From positions 608,001 through 672,000 of the forward strand of contig CAVYCN010000002.1 of NCBI GenBank assembly GCA_963767005.1: a DNA stretch of 64,000 bases, written 5' to 3'. Of the stretch, positions 39,769 through 46,970 are shown piece after piece (position 1 is the first letter of the stretch; each line of letters opens with the position of its first letter). Made by a program: the position numbers and the translations under genes. The stretch comes from an uncultured Actinomycetes bacterium (GTDB lineage: Bacteria > Actinomycetota > Thermoleophilia > UBA2241). The notes under the pieces are model-generated. The model saw nothing but the letters and a program-made list of their open reading frames with translations. It was not told where the DNA came from and did not search any database.

Positions 39769-40380
39769 TCATTTCTCGTAGGGTTCGTACTCAAGCTCGC
39801 CGCTGCGTTCCAGGTCCTCCAGGACCTCCGGGCGCGTCTCAAGCTCGCGGCCGCCGACCTTGACCCCGGCGAACTTGCGCAGCGGCTCGGCGTCGCCGGT
39901 CAGCAGGAACTTCTTGATGGCATTGGCGTGCTCGCCAACCAAGGTAGCCTGGCGCGAGCTGCGCAGGGACACCTCGACCACGCCCTCGGTCGTGACCGCG
40001 TTCATCACGCGGTAGAGGCGGTCGGAGCGGCTGGCCACCGTGCGGCCGCCCTCGCGACGCAACTGCTCGCCTGCGTACTTGGCGACGGTGTTCGGCGTCG
40101 TTCCGGCCTGCTGTGCGGCACGGGTCAACGTCTCGCCGTGGCGAACCTTCGAGAGGGCGTCCAGGGCGCGGGCGCGAGCCTGCTTCTGCGAGGCGCGTAG
40201 CGAGCCATAGCCCTTCGCCGTTACCTTCTCGGCTGCCCTCTGCTGCCCGTGCCAGCTCGCAAAGCCCTGACGTTGGGCGAGGGCGTTGCGGTACTCGCGC
40301 TCCGTGTAGAAGGTCCGGTCCTTGAAGGCTCCGGAGCGCGGCGTGTAGGGCCGCGCCTTGGTGATGGGGGGTCGTGCCAT
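39769..40380 (-). CDS. Basic HTH-domain protein
   Basis: GETLTRAAQQAGTTPNTVAKY HTH; AAGGAAGG RBS; first gene of the polB operon. Confidence 0.75.
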   Translation of the reverse strand: MARPPITKARPYTPRSGAFKDRTFYTEREYRNALAQRQGFASWHGQQRAAEKVTAKGYGSLRASQKQARARALDALSKVRHGETLTRAAQQAGTTPNTVAKYAGEQLRREGGRTVASRSDRLYRVMNAVTTEGVVEVSLRSSRQATLVGEHANAIKKFLLTGDAEPLRKFAGVKVGGRELETRPEVLEDLERSGELEYEPYEK

Positions 40381-40486
40381 GGCACCTTCCTTTGATCGTC
40401 GCGGCCACCTGCCGCGTTGATCCGGAAGGGTAGAGAGCGTGGCTCGCGCTGTGGCGAAGTTTCGCGCGGAGTTGTAGAATCACAGA

Positions 40487-41644
40487 ATGCCACGGCGTCT
40501 GTCGACAGCCTCATATCGCGAGCTGCGCAAGGAAGTCGACGAGCTGCTTTGGCCGCAGGAGAAACCACCCTCGATGACTCAGCTCGAACGCTGGCGGGGT
40601 GGTGGCTACATTCCGCGCACCGAACGTCACGGGCAGGGTCAGCGGCGCGGCATGTGGTCGCGTTACCCGCCGCAGACAGCCGAGCAGGTGGTCGCCCTAC
40701 TGCGCGAGTTGCCGCGCAGTCACTCACTCGACAGGGCCGCGTTGCGCCTGTTCTATCAGGGCTACTGGATTCGCAACGATGTGCTGCAGCGCGCCATTCT
40801 TGCCGAGATGACGCGCGTGCGCGTTCAAATGGAGATGTACGCCGGGACGCGACGCAGCACACGGCAGCCAAGTCCCGACCCCGAGCTAACCGCCACACGG
40901 CTTGCCCATCGGCTGGCGAGCGGCAGACTGAGTGAGGAAACGCGGCGACAGACGGACCTCATGCTCGCCCACCTGGGCAAGGCGCTGCGTTGGGTTCGCG
41001 AAGACGCACCGCAGGACAACCTTGAGACCGTCTATGCGAGCCTCTTCCATCTCTTCCTCAGTGGCGACCTGCTGCCCGGATCGGAGGATGTGCCCTATCA
41101 GGCGTGGGTCGCCTACGGCGGCGAGGCGGCGCTCGCCGGCACGCTCTCTGCCAAGACGGCCGTGGCCGTGGCGCAGCAAGTGGAGAGCGACGAGGTCGTT
41201 CGCGAGGTGCTCTGGCGTCTCAGCCTGCCCGGCCTTACCAAGACGGTGCAGGAGATGGAGACCGCCGACTTCGAACGCGCGCGCGACGACTGCGCCATGG
41301 TCGTCGACCTCGTGCTGTTTATCCTGCGAGTTCTGCTCGCCGCGCTTCCGCCCGACCTTGTTGCGCAACTGCCGTGGCGCGTGAGCAAGGGAGTCGACTG
41401 GAAGCTCGTGGCGAGTGTGGCCGCGCTGCCGCTGGTGTTCGATGTGCGCCGCAAGGAGGCAGACACCTTCGACGCCTTTCTCGCCATCGCACGCGAGCAC
41501 CTGCCGCAGTGGCGAGAGCGCTTCGAGGCGGCCTTGCGAGCGGAGGTCTTCGACGACGAAGAGAAGCGTGATGCGATCCGCGCTGAGACGATTGCGGGCG
41601 CTCAGGGGGCGCTCGCGGCAGGCAAGCCAATCGTAGACGTTTGA
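40487..41644 (+). CDS. Protein with N-terminal MerR-like HTH and alpha-helical C-terminal region
   Basis: SMTQLERWRGGGYIPR winged-HTH-like motif; TAGAAT -10 box 6 nt before the ATG (leaderless); directly upstream of cas1. Confidence 0.7.
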   Translation: MPRRLSTASYRELRKEVDELLWPQEKPPSMTQLERWRGGGYIPRTERHGQGQRRGMWSRYPPQTAEQVVALLRELPRSHSLDRAALRLFYQGYWIRNDVLQRAILAEMTRVRVQMEMYAGTRRSTRQPSPDPELTATRLAHRLASGRLSEETRRQTDLMLAHLGKALRWVREDAPQDNLETVYASLFHLFLSGDLLPGSEDVPYQAWVAYGGEAALAGTLSAKTAVAVAQQVESDEVVREVLWRLSLPGLTKTVQEMETADFERARDDCAMVVDLVLFILRVLLAALPPDLVAQLPWRVSKGVDWKLVASVAALPLVFDVRRKEADTFDAFLAIAREHLPQWRERFEAALRAEVFDDEEKRDAIRAETIAGAQGALAAGKPIVDV

Positions 41645-41707
41645 CAAAGTGCCCCCGCGACCGTGCGACCGGTCCGGGGGCGTGGCACTCGGAAAGGTAG
41701 TTCCGAA

Positions 41708-43270
41708 ATGCAGAACTATGTTAGCGCAACCTTCCGAAGCCTCGACTGCGCGGGCGGCGTCTGCGTGGTCGACGGCTACGGCGTCCAAGTCAGAGTCCGC
41801 AGACGGTCTCTCGTCGTTTCCGATGGCATCGGACGGTTTCGCAGAGAGCGCAGCTTCGCCAAGGCGCTCGTCGGAATCAAGCGGCTCGTGATACTCAGCC
41901 ACGAGGGCGCAATTACCCTCGAAGCGCTGCGCTGGCTAACCGACGCGGGAATCGCTTTTCTGCAGATCGACCGCGACGGCGAGGTGATTGCCGCTTCCGC
42001 GAGTTACGGGCTCAGCGATCCGCGTCTGCGTCGTGCGCTGGCACTCGCGACGACAAATACCGCTGGCCTCGAAATCGCGCGATTTCTACTGCACGCGAAG
42101 ATCGCAGGTCAGGAACGCAATCTGACGCGGCCGATATTCGCGAATAACGTCCGCGCTGAAGTATCCGATTGCCTGAATGTCGCCAAAAATGCGCGGTCAA
42201 TTCCCGAGATACTGACGGCCGAGGCGCGGGGCGCTTTGGCGTATTGGGGAGCCTGGAAGGATGTTTCCCTGCGGTTCGCTCGTAAGGAGGAGAAATCAAT
42301 TCCCGAGTACTGGCGGACATTCGGGCAGCGGCGCTCACCGATTACCGACTCACCGCGCCTGGCGGCGAATCCCGCGAACGCTACCCTCAATTACCTCTAT
42401 GCCCTGCTTGAGGCGGAGTGCCGCTTCGCCTGCCTAGCGTGTGGGCTCGATCCGGGGCTCGGCGTGTTCCACGCAGACCAGAAATCGCGCGACTCGTTGG
42501 CACTCGATCTCATGGAGGCGGTGCGACCGAAGGTCGACGCCTACCTGCTGGACTTGATCGAAGCGCGCACCTTCAGCTCCAAGGATTTCGTCGAGACGAG
42601 AAGGGGCGTCTGCCGCGTGCTTGCGCCGCTCACACACACGCTGGCAGAGACCGCGCCACGATGGGCGGAGGCGGTTGCACCGGTCGTCGAAAACGTCGCC
42701 GCGCTAGTCGTCTCAGGCGGCGAGCTTCAGTTGCGCCTTCCGACACCGCTCACACAGGCGAACCGCAGTGCCGGGCGCAACAGAGTGCGTCGCAACCCGA
42801 CGAAGGCCAAGCCGGCGAGGGCCAAGCTCGCGACGACCTGCGCGAACTGTGGCGGTGCGCTGCCGAGCCCTGACCGCATGTTCTGCAACGACTGTCTGCC
42901 AGAGCACGAGAAAGAGAAGCTAGTCCTTTTCTGCGAGGCCGGATCGGTTGCGTTGGCGCGTCTCCGGGCGGAGGGTCGCGATCCGACCACAACCGACGAT
43001 GCAAAGAAGAAACTCAGAGACGCGCACTGTCGCCACGTCTCCGACGCTGCGCGCTGGGACGCCGAACACGAGCCTTGCGACAGGGCGGAGTTCATTGAGA
43101 AGATACTGCCCGGGCTTCAAGGTGTACCGCTTTCAAGGATGATGGACGCGACCGGCCTGTCACTGCGCTACTGTTCGAAGATTCGACGGGGGCGCGTGCC
43201 GCACCCGATGCACTGGGACGCATTGCGACTGTGCGAACGCGGCGCATCTGGTGCTGGCGTCGACGGATGA
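41708..43270 (+). CDS. cas1: Casposase (solo Cas1) with C-terminal Zn finger and HTH
   Basis: ITLEALRWL, AEARGALAYW (catalytic E), NATLNYLYALL, GLDPGLGVFHAD (H), SLALDLMEAVRP (D/E); tail CANC...CNDC and LSRMMDATGLSLRYCSKIRRG. Confidence 0.95.
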   Translation: MQNYVSATFRSLDCAGGVCVVDGYGVQVRVRRRSLVVSDGIGRFRRERSFAKALVGIKRLVILSHEGAITLEALRWLTDAGIAFLQIDRDGEVIAASASYGLSDPRLRRALALATTNTAGLEIARFLLHAKIAGQERNLTRPIFANNVRAEVSDCLNVAKNARSIPEILTAEARGALAYWGAWKDVSLRFARKEEKSIPEYWRTFGQRRSPITDSPRLAANPANATLNYLYALLEAECRFACLACGLDPGLGVFHADQKSRDSLALDLMEAVRPKVDAYLLDLIEARTFSSKDFVETRRGVCRVLAPLTHTLAETAPRWAEAVAPVVENVAALVVSGGELQLRLPTPLTQANRSAGRNRVRRNPTKAKPARAKLATTCANCGGALPSPDRMFCNDCLPEHEKEKLVLFCEAGSVALARLRAEGRDPTTTDDAKKKLRDAHCRHVSDAARWDAEHEPCDRAEFIEKILPGLQGVPLSRMMDATGLSLRYCSKIRRGRVPHPMHWDALRLCERGASGAGVDG

Positions 43271-43295
43271 GGCTGGTGCGGAATAGACTCGCTCG

Positions 43296-44024
43296 GTGTT
43301 CACAAAGGAACACATTCTAGCTGAGATTCAGCGCACCGCCGGAGCGAACGGCGGCCGACCGCTCGGTCGCGCGCGGTTTGAGGCCGAGACCGGAGTTCGC
43401 GAAGGTGACTGGCTCGGTCGCTACTGGACGAAGTGGGGGGACGCGCTCTCAGAGGCAGGCTTTGCGCCAAACACCTTGAACGCGGCCATCCCAACTGTTG
43501 ACCTGATCGAAAGGCTCGCGCGGCTGGCTCGCGAAGTCGGGCACTTCCCGACAGACGCGGAGTTGAAGATGAAGCATGGACTCGACCCATCCTTCCCGAG
43601 TTCCAACACGTTCTGGCGGCTTGGGTCGAAGCGCCAACGCGCACAGGCGGTTCTAGAGTTCTGCGAACGCTCGGGCAACCTCGACGACGTTGCCGCCCTG
43701 TGCCAACAGCTCACCGACGGCGAGCCGATGGCCCACTCCGACCCCGCCCTGCGCGATGAAGCCGGGCCGAAGGGCTTTGTCTACCTGATGAAGTCCGGAA
43801 GGTACTACAAGATAGGTCGCAGCGTCTGCGCCGAGAAGCGCGCGCGCGAGGTACAGCTTGTGCTTCCCGAGGAATTGAGGCTCGTTCACAAGATAGCGAC
43901 AGATGATCCAGTCGGCATCGAGGCCTACTGGCATTCGCGGTTTGCCGCCAAGCGGAAGATGGGCGAGTGGTTCGACCTGAGAGCCGACGATGTGGCGGCT
44001 TTCAAACGCAGGAAGTTTATGTAG
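43296..44024 (+). CDS. GIY-YIG (T5orf172/MUG113-like) nuclease with N-terminal repeats
   Basis: GFVYLMKSGRYYKIGRS...IEAYWH...GEWFDL; N-terminal WTKWGDALSEAG repeat-like segment. Confidence 0.82.
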   Translation: MFTKEHILAEIQRTAGANGGRPLGRARFEAETGVREGDWLGRYWTKWGDALSEAGFAPNTLNAAIPTVDLIERLARLAREVGHFPTDAELKMKHGLDPSFPSSNTFWRLGSKRQRAQAVLEFCERSGNLDDVAALCQQLTDGEPMAHSDPALRDEAGPKGFVYLMKSGRYYKIGRSVCAEKRAREVQLVLPEELRLVHKIATDDPVGIEAYWHSRFAAKRKMGEWFDLRADDVAAFKRRKFM

Positions 44025-44115
44025 CCCATTCGTCCTAGCCGATCCGGAGGAACTAGGTACGTCGTCGCACCAAGTAGAAGCGAACCGGCCAGCCAGTTGC
44101 CGAGTTACCCTCAGC

Positions 44116-45141
44116 ATGCTCACCTTGGTTGTGTTATCAGTGCTCGTGGCCGGATGCGCGCCTGCAGCCACGACCACCGGAGCTGCGCGCAGCTTGGGCT
44201 GGATCGCACAACAGTCTGGCACCGGAAATGGCCTCATGGGCGTCTGCTTCACCAGTGCCAACGATGGCTGGGCCACTGGAGAGGCCGGCATGCTGCTTGC
44301 CACCTCAGACGGCGGTGCCCATTGGCAAACGGTCGACTGTGGCACTTGGGAGGACCTCTTCGATGTCACCTTCACGGACAGATCGCACGGCTGGCTACTC
44401 GGCAACGACGAGGTGATACGCACCTCGGATGGTGGCAAGCACTGGTCGGTCGTGAGGCTCGCCCCGCCAAACGCGGGTCTGGCCTTGGCGGCGCTTGCGT
44501 TCACCGACCGTCTCCATGGTGCTGCGACAGGGGTAATCGCACGCGGCAACCACCAGGTGGGCGTCATCTTCTACACGTCCGACGGTGGCGCACATTGGCG
44601 CACGGCGTGGAAGCAGAGCCCGACATTTCGCTTCACCAAGTATGAACGGTTCCTGCAACATGCGGCCGGTGTCACGAGCGAAACAGTCGGACTGGGTGAG
44701 ATTGCCGTTGTCGATCGTCAGCACCTCGTGGTCACAGACGGCGGAGGCATCTGGTTGGCCAGCCGGGACGGAGGCGCAAGCTGGTATCTCCTTGCGAACA
44801 GCGAGTTCGCTGACGGCCTGCGCTCGCCGGTGTTCCCAACCCCATCTCAAGGATGGGCGGTCACAGCACGAGGCGGGATAGTGGAGAGCAACGACGGGGG
44901 CCGCACGTGGCAGCTTCGCCAGACCGTTGGCCAGTACTCGCTGTACCAGATCGCCTTTGCCAGCAAGACGGTCGGATGGGTCGTTGGTGATGGCGGGCTG
45001 TTCCGAACGACAGACGGCGGCGCGCATTGGACTGCCGTGCCTGGGCTTCTGCCGGCTTCGTCGCCGCAAGCGGAGGCGTTTGTGGGGCCGGACCACGGCT
45101 GGATCGTCGGCGATGGCGGAAGCATCTACGCCTTCCGCTAG
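44116..45141 (+). CDS. BNR/YCF48-like beta-propeller lipoprotein (cargo copy 3)
   Basis: LVAGC lipobox; repeated TSDGGAHW Asp-boxes; start uncertain. Confidence 0.85.
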   Translation: MLTLVVLSVLVAGCAPAATTTGAARSLGWIAQQSGTGNGLMGVCFTSANDGWATGEAGMLLATSDGGAHWQTVDCGTWEDLFDVTFTDRSHGWLLGNDEVIRTSDGGKHWSVVRLAPPNAGLALAALAFTDRLHGAATGVIARGNHQVGVIFYTSDGGAHWRTAWKQSPTFRFTKYERFLQHAAGVTSETVGLGEIAVVDRQHLVVTDGGGIWLASRDGGASWYLLANSEFADGLRSPVFPTPSQGWAVTARGGIVESNDGGRTWQLRQTVGQYSLYQIAFASKTVGWVVGDGGLFRTTDGGAHWTAVPGLLPASSPQAEAFVGPDHGWIVGDGGSIYAFR

Positions 45142-45331
45142 TTCGGCTCCGCCCACAGCCGCCCCGGGCCGACCATGCTGGGGAGCCGGGCGGCGGCCCT
45201 GCACGCCCGTCGTCCTGACGACAACCGCCGGTGGGTAGGCGAGCCGGACGGACTCGGACAGGCGGAGTCTCGCGCATTCCTCGTGGTGCTCCTCACACTC
45301 GATAGGTAGGATCACCTCCAGGAGGCGGCCC

Positions 45332-45937
45332 ATGTTCGAGGCGCAATACGTCTTCAGCCCATCTGTCGCCCGTCGCGCCTTCGTGAGCGCACTGTGGCAC
45401 GAGCACAGTTCCTTCGTCTGCGCGGTCGTCACTGCTCTCGGAGTTGCAGTTGTCGGCATGCGCTGGTCAGCAGTCCGCCTGCCATGCGTCTTTGTCGCAG
45501 GATTTGCGTGTTTTCCGTGCTTTGTGGCGGCGGTGGTGTTTCTTCGGGTAGGTCCCAACGCGAAGGAGCAAACGGGAACCGTCGAGCTTCGATTCACCGA
45601 GGAAATCTTGGAGTGCTCGGCTCCATGGGGGCACTCTTCAGTCCCGTGGTCCGCGCAGTCCGCCTCGTATCTGACTCGCGGCTTCGTCGTCTTCGTGAGA
45701 TCCAACAAGAAGCAACTCTTCGTACCGCGCAAGGCCTTAGGTGTGGAGGCGCTGGCCTTTGTCCGAGAGAGACTGGACATCGCGAGGCTTCTTTCTGACG
45801 TCTCCCCCCCCGAGTTCGTAGCTCACCCGGCCACATCCCCACTTTCCGGCAAGCCCCATTCCCGACTCTACCCCCAGACGCCACCGGGCCGACCACACCG
45901 GGGATCCGGGCGGCGACCTCCACACTTATCACCCTGA
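45332..45937 (+). CDS. YcxB-like membrane protein
   Basis: Two TM segments followed by FTEE...SVPWS...LFVPRKAL; AGGAGG RBS. Confidence 0.6.
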   Translation: MFEAQYVFSPSVARRAFVSALWHEHSSFVCAVVTALGVAVVGMRWSAVRLPCVFVAGFACFPCFVAAVVFLRVGPNAKEQTGTVELRFTEEILECSAPWGHSSVPWSAQSASYLTRGFVVFVRSNKKQLFVPRKALGVEALAFVRERLDIARLLSDVSPPEFVAHPATSPLSGKPHSRLYPQTPPGRPHRGSGRRPPHLSP

Positions 45938-45966
45938 CGGCGACTCCCGGCAGGTAGGCGAGCCGC

Positions 45967-46347
45967 CGCGAAGCGGCGGCGAGCCCGTGACTTGTCACCC
46001 GTCGCTCGTAACCCTGACCACGTCTGACGGTCCCTGAGCCCGCCCGCGACGATCCAACGCCCGTGCCAGGACCCACAAGGGCAACGGATTCTGAGCGCTG
46101 CCAGCGTGCACGGTGCTGGGTTGGGATTGGGGAGTAGTGAGCCGGCCCATGGCGCGACGGCGCACCGGGCATGGAGTCCGAAATCCGGCCTCGGCCCTCG
46201 CCGGGAGCCGTCGCTCCGGTGGGGTTAGCGAGCCGCGCGCAGCGCGGCGAGCGGGCAGGAGAGCCGTCGCCGGCACCCTCGCGGCAGTGTCAATCTTTGG
46301 CCGATGTCACGCAACCGGACATTTCTCGCGTCCCTATCCCCTATCCC
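45967..46347 (-). repeat. Right terminal inverted repeat (381 bp)
   Basis: Ends CATTTCTCGCGTCCCTATCCCCTATCCC; mirrors 31892-32272. Confidence 0.96.
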
Positions 46348-46361
46348 GTCAACAGGAGCCC
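46348..46361 (+). repeat. Right target-site duplication (14 bp)
   Basis: GTCAACAGGAGCCC. Confidence 0.95.
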
Positions 46362-46565
46362 TCCCGTGCCTGTCCGCACCAGAATCCGTTGGCGGTCCTG
46401 ACGACGAAGGCCGTTTTGCCGTGAAGTCCACGCTCCCCCCTGTCGATAGAAGTACCAGGAGGGTCAGATGCCGCCCCCGGGTACGGGCGGTCACCGAGTC
46501 GCTCTCCACCATCGCCAGGATTTTCCACGGATGGTGGGCGCCATGCTTCGGGAAGGGAGGTCCAT

Positions 46566-46661
46566 ATGAGGGTGCCAAACGCCTGGTTCAACCGCGTCGC
46601 CTTTGCCGCGTTCGTGGTGTCGTGCGCGCTCGCGAGTGGCGCGTTCAAGAAGTGGGCCTGA
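46566..46661 (+). CDS. 31-aa hydrophobic peptide (not in the ORF track)
   Basis: AAGGGAGGT RBS, then MRVPNAWFNRVAFAAFVVSCALASGAFKKWA. Confidence 0.7.
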   Translation: MRVPNAWFNRVAFAAFVVSCALASGAFKKWA

Positions 46662-46731
46662 GCGAACGGGCTCGCTCAGGCTGAAAGGACGTTCACGGCT
46701 CACCAGGCTTCACATGGAGAGGGAGTACGTT

Positions 46732-46842
46732 ATGAAGCAACTGCTTTCGAGCAGGTTCATGATCACCGTCGGCATGATCACCGCGCTGGCGGTCACCAGC
46801 GGTTTCTTCCACGTGGTGCCGATGTGGCTCAAGTGGGACTGA
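46732..46842 (+). CDS. 36-aa hydrophobic peptide
   Basis: GGAGAGGGAG RBS, then MKQLLSSRFMITVGMITALAVTSGFFHVVPMWLKWD; followed by a terminator. Confidence 0.72.
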   Translation: MKQLLSSRFMITVGMITALAVTSGFFHVVPMWLKWD

Positions 46843-46878
46843 GGCACCGCTAGAGACAGTCCGTCGACTCCGTCGGCG

Positions 46879-46922
46879 ACGAAGGCCGCGACCGGGGACC
46901 CGATCGCGGCCTTCGTGTCTTT
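46879..46922 (+). terminator. Intrinsic terminator after the peptide pair
   Basis: ACGAAGGCCGCGA...TCGCGGCCTTCGT stem followed by GTCTTT. Confidence 0.75.
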
Positions 46923-46970
46923 GGCACGCGATGGTTGCGGCGACACGAGTGCGGTCGTAGGGTCGTGGCC

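Larger units (their letters stand above)
31892..46347. mobile_element. Casposon (Cas1 + PolB self-synthesizing transposon), 14,456 bp
   Basis: 381-bp TIRs, 14-bp TSD, solo cas1, family B polymerase, HNH and two HTH genes; no other integrase or transposase; interior visibly less GC-rich than the flanks. Confidence 0.93.

Noticed and set aside
41708-43270. CRISPR-Cas adaptation locus
   Set aside because: No cas2, cas4, effector genes or repeat-spacer array nearby; the PolB, TIR and TSD context indicates a casposase
31892-46347. Prophage (tectivirus-like) or pipolin
   Set aside because: No capsid, packaging ATPase, lysis or tyrosine recombinase genes; PolB keeps KxY; the ends are TIR plus TSD rather than att sites in a tRNA gene
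31840-46450. tRNA gene at the insertion site
   Set aside because: No cloverleaf, GTTCRA T-arm or CCA end is visible in the reconstructed empty site
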